DNA of 64,000 bases from Oikopleura dioica (lineage: Eukaryota; Animalia; Chordata). The notes below the pieces were generated by a model. It searched no databases. It was given only the letters and a program-made list of their open reading frames with translations, and was not told the origin of the DNA. A program made the position numbers and the translations under genes. The stretch spans positions 8,122,001 to 8,186,000 of the forward strand of contig OU015568.1 of NCBI GenBank assembly GCA_907165135.1, given 5' to 3'. Positions within the stretch are counted from its first letter, which is position 1. Each line of letters opens with the position of its first letter. Shown piece after piece: positions 37,929-51,000 of this stretch.

Positions 37929-39468
37929 ATGAGTAGTGTTTACCTAGACTACAACGCGACTACTCCTATCGACCCTGAAGTAGTGGAGGCGATTAGCAAG
38001 AGCCTAAAAGAAGATTGGGGGAATCCAAGCTCTGGTCATGAGCTTGGATTGATAGCAAGGAAGAAAATCGAAATCACCCGTGAGCATTTAGCCAAGGTAA
38101 GATGATTTATGTTTTATCTCGTTGAATGAAGAACGAGCGGAAATCAAATCAATTGAGATTCTTGTTAATATGTGTTTAGGGTATCGGCGCAGCTACATCC
38201 CAAATTATATTTACATCTGGCGGAACTGAAGCGCTGAACTGGGCAATAAACTCATGCTGCTCCCAAGAAAATAATGAGCATGAGGAACAGTGCCATGTTG
38301 TCACAAGTGCCCTGGAGCATTGTGCTGTGCTCAACCCTCTCAAGAAGCTCGCTCCCAAATGCTGTCAAGTGGATTACGTGCGGCCAGCAAACGGGCGCTT
38401 CGCCGTAACTTCTGATCAGATTATCAAACAAATTACCAACAAAACGAGTCTCGTCGCCGTCATGCTCGCAAACAATGAAACAGGTGCCATTCAACCGGCA
38501 GAGAAAATCGGAGACGAAATTTTTAAACTGAAAGAGAACGGACATAAAGTCCAATATCTCGTAGGAAGTAATAATAAATTTAAAAGGAAAAGTATTATTC
38601 ATGAAGAATGTTTTTGTTTAAAAACGATCGAATACATTTATTATTCATGAAAGATGCCTCCCAGTGTTTTGGAAAGATCCCGATCAGCGTTGAAAACATC
38701 AAATGCGACTACCTTGTCCTCGCGGGCCATAAATTTTACGGACCGAGAATCGGCGCCTTGTATGCTCGTGATCCGTCAAAACTGCAGCCCATGCTTTTCG
38801 GTGGAGGGCAGGAGCGTGGTTTACGCCCTGGGACGGAAAATACGCCGATGATTGTCGGTTTAGGTGCGTTTGTCTTTTTGATCAGTAATGTTATTTTCTC
38901 TTTCTTGTTTACGCGCCTAAATCAGATTTTGGCGAAAAGCAAAACAAGTAACTCTCAAATTACATCGGCCTTTACGATAATGGATCTATTTTATAAGATA
39001 TCGTTTTTCAGGGGAAGCGGCACGCTTGGTAAATGAACACTTGGCAACATATGCTGCCCAGATGCGGCGAACAAGAGACCTTCTGAAAGAGAAACTCAGC
39101 GCGCTCATGACTTCTATTACTTGGCTCTCTGGTATGCTTTGTCTTTTTTCGAAGATTGATGATGAGTTTTTTTTTCAGAGGAACCTTGTTTGCCAAATAC
39201 GCTTCTTGTTTCTATCCGCGAAATTTCGAGTGGGAAAGAGTTCATCGAGTCTCTCAACGGGCAAGTTCTAGCATCAACGGGAGCGGCTTGCCATTCTGGA
39301 TCAGTTGGCTCTAGCGTGCTCAACGCGTGTGGAATTGACTTTGAAATTCAAAAACGAACAATTCGCTTCTCGACGGGCCGCACGACCACAGAAGAGCAAA
39401 TTGAACGCGCTGTTAAATTAATCGGCGCTTCGCTCGAACGCTTACGAGTTTCTTCTTCGGCGGAGTAA
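37929..39468 (+). CDS. SCLY: Selenocysteine lyase (class V PLP enzyme)
   Basis: [61 protein letters not shown] and GAACHS match SCLY better than NFS1. Confidence 0.88.
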
Positions 39469-39625
39469 TTTGATAATCACTCAATTCATTCAGTTTTCTG
39501 TAAGCTCATTTTCTCTTTTTTTTTTCTGTAACTAGTTTTACCTTGATTCTTCATCTCTTTGCTGGGTTATTAGATTATTACCTATCTTGAGACCTACGTC
39601 TTTATTTCTGTTTTCAGATGCGAAT

Positions 39626-42600
39626 ATGAATGATCTAGACGCTAGAATAGAAAAATGGAACGAGACGCGGCTGGACATGTTCGCGATCTCGAAGCCAAAC
39701 GACTCGGGCGACTTCTTCGGCGTCATCCGATTCTACTACAAGGATCAGGGCGAGAAAGTGGCGACCAAGTGCATCCGCGTGGCCTCGAATGCCTCTACTT
39801 TTGACGTGATAGAGACGCTTAGGGAGAAATTAAGATCAGACATGCGCATGCTCTCGCCGGTAAGAAATCAACAATTTGATAATCAGGAATTCAAAAAATA
39901 ATTCTTTAGCCAAACTATTCCCTTTACGTCGCTTATCCGAACAAAGACGCGATCAAACTACAGCACAACGAATACCCCTTGCTCGTCCAGCTGAATTGGA
40001 TTAAAGACAATCTCGACGGTCGCTTTGTCGTCAATAACGAATCCGACAACTTCTCAATTCACAAGACAGTGGGCGAAATCTACATCAACGAGCCCGGTTC
40101 TAAGCGTAAATCAACTAAGAAATCGAAGAAAAATGCTCAGAAGCAGGATGGAATCGCTGATGTCATTTTTGACGAAGCAAAGCCGTCTGATTTTACCCGG
40201 ACGATTTCGAACCCTAAATTTGTCGTCGACAAAAATCGAAGTAAAAAGCGTGATAAAGTGGCGCATGAAGCGAAGGAAATACCGATTTACACTGATATCT
40301 GCCCCGGGAAGTATCTTGTAATGACCAAAGCCTATCCTATTGATAATGTTGATGAAGTTGTAGAAAGAGCACTAAAGAAGCTCAACGTCTCAGATGACCC
40401 AGAAAACTACCTCATTGCAAAGGTAAGCTCGGGTGATCGAGAAGGGAAGCCCCGCTCATGACTATTTTTTAGTGTGTCATTCCTGTAAATTCTGTCCTTG
40501 ATCATTGTCCCCCTCGCGAAAGAGGTACCTTCATGGAATACGACGAAAAGCCGCTAGAAATCATGAACAAATGGGATCGCTCTCGCGGTACAATGGTCTT
40601 CGTCATGCAGCCTCCCCACCTGGGTACAAGCCCAAAAAGCAAAGAAAGAAACGTCCAGATGACAAGAACCGACCTTTGAAACCTCACCAAATGCAGGGCC
40701 CACAATCTCCTCAAGTCACCACAAGCAATACAATCACAGTCCTCGAAGGGGTCAAAGCAGGCCGCCATCCTAAAATTCTCGAAATTATTTCTCCAGGTGC
40801 TACGGCAATCGTCCACGAAGTCCTTCCAAACGTGACAGAAGTTGGATACGTTCCCTCAACTTCAAAAAGCTTCAGTCAATACATTCGCCTGCAGCGTGGC
40901 TTGGATATAGAGCAGAGGCACTGTGTACTGGCAAACATGGAGGGAATCGTAACGATAACGCCAAATGACACTGATAAGGGAAAGACGCCTGTCGAAGTAA
41001 ACGGAAGAGAAATTCGCGAAACTTTCATGTTGGAAAATGGCGTCGTTATACGTCTCGGTAGGGATACTCTCCTTGTTTTCCTCGACGCGCATGAAGATGG
41101 CCAACCGTCAGGCATCAGCGGTCAAGATCTCGAGCAGAAGATTTATACACACTTCCACCGAGAATATGGATCTAGTAATGCAATTCAGCCTCTTCGCGTC
41201 CCTCGCCACGGGAGAAGTGCTGATCAAAGTATTCACGCGCTTGATCAAGAACCAAGACCTGGCCTTGGCTTTCGCCATGACGATGAACACAGCGACGATG
41301 CAGGTTATGTTCAGCCAATTCCAGACGAACCAGAGTACGAACAAACGCCGCCGACGAACTATCGAACCCTATTGCCCGCTAAGATTGAATATTCAATGTC
41401 AACAGAAGATGTTCTCCTCGACGAAATTCTCCATGCAGCTCAAGAACGACCCCTTCAATTCCGCCTTTCACCATCTTACACTCTTTATCTCCTCACCCGT
41501 CACCACTTAGTCGCCGGCTTCAACACTCCATTGATCGAAAAAATCACGCACAAGCTCAAGCAATACATAATGTCAAACAACTCTGACCCTGGATTTCTCG
41601 CTTTCTGGATGGCAAATAGCTCTGAATTGTTGAATTTTCTCCGACAGGATCGCGAACTCTCCCACACTACTGAAGATTATCAAGAAGAACTTGCTCAAAC
41701 TGTGCAGCTGGCGTTCAAATTCCTTGTTCACGCGCTAGAAGCTAATTTAATGGATCATATGCAGGCGTTTTTCTCGACCTCGAGCGAAGATCTCCCTGGA
41801 GAAGATGGCATGGACGAAATCCCGATGCCCAGAAGTCAGAATTCAACAATGTACGACATCATTCAAATGCTCAACAATGCAATGAGCCTCCTCCGACGAT
41901 GCAGAGTTAACGCTGCTCTGACGATTCAACTCTTTTCACAGCTTTTCCACTTTGTCAACATGTCCTTGTTCAACGAAGTTATCGATGAGGATAATGCTCA
42001 ACACTACTGTAATCGCTCTTGGGGCAACGTTATCCGCCTCCGATTAGCACGAGTGGAGGCTTGGGCTGAGAAACAAGGCCTTGAACTTGCGGCTGAGTGC
42101 CACTTGGCTCGAGTGAACCAGGCGATGCATCTGCTCGTCATCCCCAAGCAGAGCAACCACGACGTCAATGAAATCAACTCGAGCTGTTTCAAACTCAATT
42201 CAATTCAACTGGCTGCCCTGTTAGAATCCTATCGCCCAGAACCAGGAGAGCAGCCGATTCCACACAATCTTATCACAAACGTCGTTCGTCTCGCTGAATC
42301 GAATGCTGATGAACTTGCCCGCGAAGATGGTCGAGATGTCGTGCTGAAAGAAGATCCTGATCTTCAATTGCCATTCTTGCTGCCAGAAGATGGCTACACT
42401 TCTGACGTGCTAAAAGGCGTCCCAAGTGGCCTCTACGATTTCATGGAGCCACTTCAAGCGAAGGGCCTTTGCTACTTCTACGCAAACGAAGACAACACAA
42501 TTAGCTGGACCATCTACTTTCTCGAGCATGAGCAAGATGGATATGGCACTCAAGATCATCACAATCCACACCAAGCTGGTAGTTCAATCCGTGGCTCTTT

Positions 42601-45600
42601 GAATCAGGAGCCCGAGCCTGTGTACGAAGATATAATTTTGGAGAAGAAAGGTGGTGGTCTTGGACTCAGTATCGTCTCTGCTAAGGGCGCTACGCAGCAT
42701 GACTATGGAATCTACATTAAATCTGTTGTCCCAGGAAGGGTTTTGAAAATTGTTCTGGAGACATAAAAGCGGGCAAATAAGAAACGCAATGAAATTTGCT
42801 AAAAATTTCCTCTTTGAATCTATGAAATTATTATTGAATCTAACCCCGAAAAAGGAGGAGCAGCTTATGATGATCGTCGATTAGCTTCTGGCGACCTTCT
42901 AGTGGCTGTTGATGACCGATCATTGGAAGGTCTATCGCAAGACAGAGCGGCGGACATAATGCGACACACAGGGAATACGGTGAAACTGACCGTCATCAAA
43001 GATGCAGCTTCCCTTTACGGCGTAGATCAGCTGTTGGCTCAGCCCAGTCCGACACGAGCCTCCGTTGAAAGCGGCGTCAAACTAAACGGTAATTATCTAT
43101 TTATCTATCGGGAATATACAGTGCGTGTTTTCGCCCACTAGAAGGTGTCCACTTGTAGTGAAAAGTAGAAGTTGTGTAAGTCTGGCGGGAATAAAGAGCC
43201 TCTTATCGTTAAACACTGCCGCAAGAATCAACAAAAGAAAAAGAGAGCTTTCTAAAACAATCCAAACTACATCCGCTTAAAAGAAGCAGAGATGTCAGCG
43301 CTGGATCGATTTTTGAACTCAGAGTACTTCGTTAAAAAGGATGCGAAGCCAAATACGAAAAAGACTGGCATAAAATCCCTAGTGGGGAAATTTGAAGTCA
43401 AGGAAAATGAACTTAAATTAGATGCAGTAAAAGCTACGACTTCGCAATCATGGCTTTGGGCAATTGGATTTAAATTTCTTAAAATTTCAACATTAGTTTT
43501 GGTCGTTTCAAAAGATCTAAGCTTGGATTTTTTCTTGAATAATTCCATAAAAAGAGACGAAAGTCCGACAAAGATTTTTCATACAAGAGAAAAACCTCTT
43601 GGAATGATAATCTTGGCTCTGAAATATCGTCAAAGGCAGAGTTTTTCAAGTCATTTTGCTACTAGAGTAAACAGGAACTTATCCACAAGCAAATACTCTT
43701 TCCGAGGGCTTGATGCTTGAAAAGCCTGATAAGGAAATATTACAGGATCTCACCAGCCGCCAGCTGAAGCACAATAGATCTCGCCAGCGACAGCGATCTT
43801 TACAAAATTTTCAAAAGCGTACATCCTGAATTTAAAATCACAAAGGGACTTCTTCACTAAACAAGCTTTTTTCAGGAATCCGTCAGAGTCAGAGCTCCTA
43901 CACGACGATAAACAATTACTATCCCGATAAGCCTCAGATTGTGTCAGCTGAAGCTCCAGTTAAGCTAACAGTAAGTTGGAGTTCTTTCGAGAGGAGGGAC
44001 TTACTTTCGACGAAATGCGTATTTACTATTCTGTCATAGACGGAGCTTCCGTTGCCACCAGCACACTTGCTAGAGGCCACTGTCAATTCTGACGGGCACG
44101 AGTATTGCTTGCCGCCCTCCAAGGAGAATACGCCAAATCATCGTCAACAAACACCTTCTGATCATGAAAGGGATCAAATGGTCGAGCTCAAGCCAAAAGT
44201 AATTCTCTTCTGTAATTTTCAGACCTGTAATTTTTTCATTAGGCCAGTCCAAAGTCTCAAAAAAGCGACAGTCAAAGTGAAAACGAGCGAACTCACAAAG
44301 ACAGACGTTCTGGTCGACGACATCGCGATGATCGAGCAAACCGGGAAAGAAAATCATCCCGCCATCGTGAACGAAGCCAAGAGAAGAAGAAATCCGACGC
44401 TAAGAGTGCGAATAAGACTGGAACACTGACGTCACAGTCGGGCACTTTAGGCAGGAAGAACAAAGGCGGAATGTGGGAAGATCCTCAGGTAAGAGTCCTT
44501 TAAACTCGAGCAAAAAGATAATTAGATTTTTCTAGCAACGACTTATTCAAGAGCAACTTGATATGATGAGAGATGAGGAGATAATCGAACTGCAAAACAA
44601 AAAGAACAAAACGGCTTCTGAAAATGAGAGGTAATATATTCTTCGCGTCATTTTTCATGATTTCTTGTAGGCTAAAAGTACTCATGGCCGAGCAAGAGTT
44701 CAGCCAGCGGTTAAAGCGCGACCACATTCCATCGGGGACTTCTGAAATCGATTCATACTCGGAAGAAGATGTTCCAGACCGTCCAGATCGAGATCTTCTC
44801 CTGAAGGTAAGTTCGCTTAGAACAGACTTCTTTACAGCTTTTTCAAAGATTCAAAGCCAGAACTCACTCAATGTCCATAAATCTGCCGAGGAAGAAACTA
44901 ACTCAACGAGCATGGCTGACGAAATCTCCCGAACACTCGAGCTGAAGGAGAAGGAACTTGCTGAGCAAAGGAAAAAAGAGGAAAAACTGGCGGCCCAACT
45001 TGAGCAGCAACAAAGAGAACTTGAGAGGCAGCAACAACTCGAAAGAGAAGAGGAACAGCGTGCTCGAGAGGCGGAAGAAAGACAACGACAACGCAAAATT
45101 GAGGAGGAAAAGCGAATGGAAGATTTGAAGAGGAGCGAAGATAAGCGATTAAAAGAACAAGAAAGGCTACTTCGGGAAGAGCAAGATGCTCAAAAAGCCG
45201 CTTTCTTGGCGGAAAAAGTATGTCATCGCTATTATTTTTCTTGCATTCAAAGCAAATTCTAGGAGGCATTTGAGGCGGAGCGCCGAAAAATGGAGGAAGA
45301 GCGTGCAGAATTCCTCCGACGACAGGAAGAATTCCGCAGAATGAAAGAAGAGCAGGAGCAGTTTGAGCGCGAGCGAGCCGAGTTTGAGCGAGAGCAACAA
45401 GCTCAGAAGCGAGAACTTGAGCAGCGTGCTCAGCAGCGGGAGCAAGAACTCCAGCGAAAACTCAGAGAGGAAGCGAGAAAGAAAGAACTCGCGAAAAAAG
45501 TTGACGCTGACAAGTTTGATCGACAACTTGACCGAGTCAGGAGACGTCGAGCTTCCGGTAAGTGGATTTTTTTGCTAAATGTTCGTGTATCAGTCTTTTT

Positions 45601-47535
45601 TGTTCAAATCGAGAGCGATTTGAAATCAATGTCGCACAGAACAACCCTTTTTATGGTCAATAAAAAGGGCTTCTTTCAGAAGAAGACAAGCTCAGTCAAC
45701 GTCGAAAATGGCTTGACGATCAGGAAAAGCTCAAAGAAGTCGAAGACGACATCGAAAGAGTCGTTCGCGAAGCCAGTCCTCCACGAGCACACCCTTACGC
45801 CGCTCCCGACGCCCCTCTTCCACCTCCACCAGATTCCGTCACTTCTAATTACGTAAGAACTCCATCAACATCTCATGTTGAAAATGGAAATTTTGATTCA
45901 AATTCCAACACGAAATTCCAGCGACGATATCGTCCTAGTATTGAACAGCGCTTAAGGGTAAACCAGTAGATTAGCGAGAAAAACATCGCATTCTGAAATA
46001 CTCAATAATTAATTAAAATAAATGATTGGGTGAAGTTAACGCTTGAACGCATATTGCGCAGATTTCTGCGCAGAGCCCCTTTAAAGCTCGATATCTCATA
46101 CTTTACTTGACCAAAATTTTTAATGGACCCCCACTTTAGGAGCTCTTTTTCGATGAGGAATCAGAATCTAGCATCGAAAAAAAATTTTGACTTCAGGATA
46201 AAATTTTGGCTTCAGAACAAAAATTTCCGATTCTTTCGAATCATGCTTTTTTAGCTTTTCAACAGTTCTGAATTAATTTTTCCGTCGATGAAATTTTTTT
46301 TTCCATGTTTAATCGCATATTTGCATCGAATTTAATATAAATTTTATCATTCGTAGATATATATTTTGTGCATTTGTATTTGCGATCAATGAAATTGAAA
46401 AAAATTGGAAAAAATGGTTCATTTTCGAGTAACTTTAGAAATCATTATTTTTAGCGAGGTTCGGGTAAGGGTTAGGATTTTAAACTATTATAAGCTTGTT
46501 TGCAAGCGTCTGAGCTTCATTCTGGTAGCTTTAATTTTCTCAAATCTCGACCACAGTCGTCGCTAGAGCGCTCTAAAGGTGCTGCGCAGAAATCTGCGCA
46601 ATATGCGTTCAGCAGGAAAACAATTTTGTGCGTTCATGCGTTAATTAACGGTGTGTAAAGTAACAATTGTAAACTTTGCTTGGTGAATTCGACTAATTTT
46701 AAAAATTGACAAGATCTGTATATGATTTTTGTCAATCCGTAGTTTCTATGAAATTGTACCAAATTGAAGTGAAAGCTTTCAATTTCCAAAACTTCATATA
46801 CTCATCTTCTGGGTGCATAACATTTCAAACGAGACCAAAATTTTACCGACCAAATTAGGAACAAAAAGCTGCTGAAGACCGTATGGAACGCGAACGAGAG
46901 CAGCTCGAAGAGTTGCTCTCTCGAAATAAATCACCAGTCCTTGTAAATTTCCTATTTCCAGTTCGAAATAGAGTCACTGACCATTTCTTATAGCCACCTC
47001 AGACAAGAAATGCAAGTATATCTTCGTACACTCCTCTTCTTCCAAATCACCATTTCACCAAAAATAAGCGACCACTATCGAGCTACAATCCTAAAACACA
47101 AGAACCTCCTCAAGAAAAATTCGTAATAATCAACCGTCAATAATTTGACTACTCACTTCCAATTTTACAGACTCCGTTGCCTCAAAAACCAACAGTGCCG
47201 ACGACGAGACCTAAAAGCGCGTACGAGCCCACTTCCAGCCCGAGTCCGGATTTAGACGAGTCTGCCGGGGTCATCGGAACCAACGAAATCTACAATGATC
47301 CACGAGAAAAGCGCCTGGCCAACATCAAGAGGTGAAATCAAGGAAGAGTGCTCTCCTCATCGTAGATTTTAGGGACAACTCCTTCATGCGAAAATCACAG
47401 CCTGAACCTTCAAAACTTAACTTTCGCGATCGAGCAAAGCTTTTTGAGCAATCTGGCGTCAGTCCACAAACAAATACGAAACCTAAAATGAGCAAAAAGC
47501 TTCTCGAACTGGAGCAGCAATTCGGCTCCAGATGA
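39626..47535 (+). CDS. AFDN: Afadin / AF-6 (RA-RA-FHA-DIL-PDZ, coiled-coil and Pro-rich tail)
   Basis: WNETRLDMFAISKP..FFGVIRFYY..ATKCIRVASNASTFDVIETLREKLRSDMRMLS, DIL region CRVNAALTIQLFSQLFHFVN, PDZ GGLGLSIVSAKG; 3' exon joins approximate. Confidence 0.93.
46044..46611. mobile_element. MITE (568 bp) in an afadin intron
   Basis: 30-bp perfect TIR TGAACGCATATTGCGCAGATTTCTGCGCAG, itself containing a palindrome; TSD not clear. Confidence 0.8.
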
Positions 47536-48076
47536 GAAGAGCTAAATTATAAAACAAACAGTAGATTCAATTTCCAGCTACTACTACTTTTATTTGCGTT
47601 CTTTCCCCACCTTGCACATATGGTTTAATTTTTTAATTTATTTTCTCGCTCCAACTTTTGAAATAAAAAATTCATTGACCTTTCCTTCTTTTTTCAATTT
47701 TTATTCTTTCAACTTCTTGTTTCGAAAATAACTAAAGTAACATTCCGTACCTCGCTCGATCCCACACAATTTCCACTGAACTATCTTCTTATCATACTAA
47801 ATAAAAATACAAAAAAACGCCCGATAATGGGTTACTTCATTCCTTCTTATACGAAACAAATGATAATAAAATACGATTTCTATTCACTTCTTTCTTTCTT
47901 TTTAACGAAATCCAGCTTATCCTTAAATTATCTAACCGCAGCAAAAATGAGCTCAGCTAAAAAACCGATCATTCACTCACAGTTACAGTAAAACGTCACT
48001 TCTGTTAATAAAACATTTCTTTTTTGATTTGAAGCTAAAACAGCAGCAACAGCAAGCATGATTTTCTTTGGTTAGA

Positions 48077-51000
48077 ATGTCTGGTCAGTTTTACAATCTG
48101 CCAGGGAACGATTTCAATAACTCGTATTCGCCCTCGAGTTACAACTCGTTTTCCGCTCATTCTGTCGGACAGCAACATCAGGACCACCCGAATATCTATA
48201 ATTACAATCATTCTCATCAGCATACGCCGGACATAAATCAAGGCTGGAATCAACAGGTTACGCCGCCTGGTCCACCAGGTTAGAAAATCGAAAATAAGAG
48301 TCCATCTTTTCAATACGCAAAATTAGCTCCAAGCAACCTCCAACGAAATTATGGCTACGGTCATACCAATTATCCATCTCCGCAACCAAATTTCGGCCCG
48401 ATTGGACAGCCAGTCCCTAGCAGAGGTTCGCCAGTTCGACCAAGAGGAATTCCATTTCGCGGTCGAGGACAGTTCAACAGTTTTGCCAAGCCAAAGCAGC
48501 CAGGTCCGAGGCCGATCAAAGCGACGGAAATTAAAGCTTGGTTGTTCGAGTGGTGCACGCAGAAGAAGCTCAAGCCCGAGTACAATTTCACTGCAAAGGG
48601 AAAATACCCCAAAGTGCGTTATATTTGTACGCTGAAAGTTGCCGGTTTGGCCAAGCCGCTAGAAGCCGTCCAAGAAGCTAAGAACAAGAAAGAAGCGCAA
48701 ACGCTCTGCGCCTGGGAGTTTTGTGAGCAGTTGGTCGAGCACAACATGGTCAACCAGTGCGCGCTGCCAAAGAAAGTCAGCACGGAAGAGTTACAGGCGA
48801 ATCAGGACACTGCCATTGTTTCAAAACATCCGCCCAATTCCAGTTTGCAGACAATCGGCTTAGTTGAAAATGGCGGCTGGAGTGCTGAAAATGCAAGAAG
48901 ACGATTGAACGAATTTTGCATGGAAGAACGTATTAGCTGCGAGTTTGAAACAACTTCTCATGGATCCCAATTCCAACACATCGCCATTTCTAAACTCACC
49001 TTGAACATCAAGAAAATAGGTCAAATCACTCAAACCGCCCAAGCGAGTAACAAGAAGACTGCCAACGCGCAATGTGCGCTCAATATGGTCCGGGAGTTAT
49101 TCAAACGAGGACTGATCGAGAAAGCTGGCGAAAAACGACGCTCGAGTTCGACGCAAATGAGCTGCGATGAAAACATCGAAGAAGTGAACGACGCCGACTG
49201 CGACGAGTTGACGGCTGGGTCGAAGCGAAAAGTCGACGAAGTCAAGGAAGAATTCGACGAAAACGGAAACTGGACATTGGAACTGGCGCGCTCTCGGCTA
49301 TCTGAGTTCTTTCACAAGCAAGGAAAACAGCTCAACTGCGAGGAGAAGGAATCTGGAGGGCCTTTCAACAAGCAATTCGTCTGTTCTACGGAGATTGACA
49401 TGCCTGATGGTCAGCATTTCACAGCTAGTGCGACAGCGCCGAATAAGAAGAGCGCGCAAAAGAAATGCGCGTTGTCGATGGTAATTCAACTTTACAAAGC
49501 GGGCCTTATTCCTGGCAACTCCGGCAAAAGACACAAGGAAGGAGCAAAAAGCAACGAAAGGACGGCCGAGCATATCCAGACTCGAGTGTAGATCTCAAGC
49601 ATCCGATTGTAATGCCCTCTTGGGGAAGCAGACGAACCACGCCCTTTGACGATCGACACTTGCAGTTTAAACTGGAAGAATTGGAATTCACTGAAGAAGA
49701 AAGAGTCGCCATCACAAGCGCTGTTGATTCAGTAACTGGGTATGCCAAGACGATTTCTGAAAAACTCAAAGCCGAAGAAGAAGCGATCAATCCCACTACC
49801 GAGTGGCTCATTACAGCACCACAGGTTTTCGAACCCAATTTTCTTCTCGTTTTTATGCCTTTTCTAGCCAGTGGGAGATTACTGCAACGATTTACTGTTC
49901 AAAGGCGAGTTGACTCCCGAGCTCGTGATTTCCTGCCAAGAAAAACCGACGATCAAGCTGCTGACTCGATTCACCAAAGAATTTGGATTGCTCCACAATC
50001 CAAACATGGTCACTAACGATGCGAAAAACAGTCGAATCATCATCGAAAAAGTCGTCAATTCTCTTCCTGTTCGTATAACTCTTAGTTTTACCTCGCCAAA
50101 GATGCGACCTAGTAACGATACTACCATCATAGAAGGTAAGAACACAGTAATTTCCGAGTAGGATACTAAATAAGAACGATCTTTTTGTGCGCTTCCAATT
50201 TTTCTTTGCCATATTTGAAATTTTCGAGCGCACAGAAAAGATCGCATAAGACTTGATTGAAAGGAGAATGATGGCGCCGGAGGAGTTTTCTCAATCTTGC
50301 CCCATCATAAAGCTCAACTGCTTGATCGAAATATCTTCTTTTTCTTTCTGGCAAGCAGTTGAGCTGTTCTATTGATACAGGTGAAGGTAGAGAAACAGCC
50401 CTCACCTGTGTTATGTAGAGTCCAACGATCCATCGGACGTTCTACCACGAACTAAATGCCTTGAGGCTCTTGCTGCTCTTAGACGTGCAACTTTTTTCCA
50501 GGTAGTTTTTTACGGTTATACTCAAAGCGCATGTTCAATGAAGCCTTTTCGAGTTATGAGTTTACTTTTCGATTTCAGAAACGCGTGGCGCCTAATTTTA
50601 ACGCAATCCCATTGTGCAGAATCCTCAAATTTTTACTCAACGAGTGGTCGAGCGATTTGGCTGGGTTGAAGTACTGGACTCTTCAGTTGATCATCCACAA
50701 GGCATTGGATACCTCTCCATATCCTCTCACAGCTGGTATGGCGTTTTTAGTTGGATCGAGCTTTATTGGTTTTTAGGAGATGGATTCAGACGAGTTTTGG
50801 CTGTAATCTCTTCTGGAATTTTGCTCCCTGAAAATGTTGGCGTTAGAGACTGGTGTGAGATTAATTTCGAAGGCGCTAAGCCGGAGGAAAATCTTGGTGA
50901 TGCTGCTGGTAAGACTTTTTATTAAGCCTCTCAACTGATAATTTTTGAACAAGGCACACTAACAAAGCAACAACGAGAAGACATCACATTCACTTTCCAG

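Noticed and set aside
44851-45526. Minus-strand Leu/Ser/Phe-rich ORFs
   Set aside because: Antisense shadows of the afadin coiled-coil exons.
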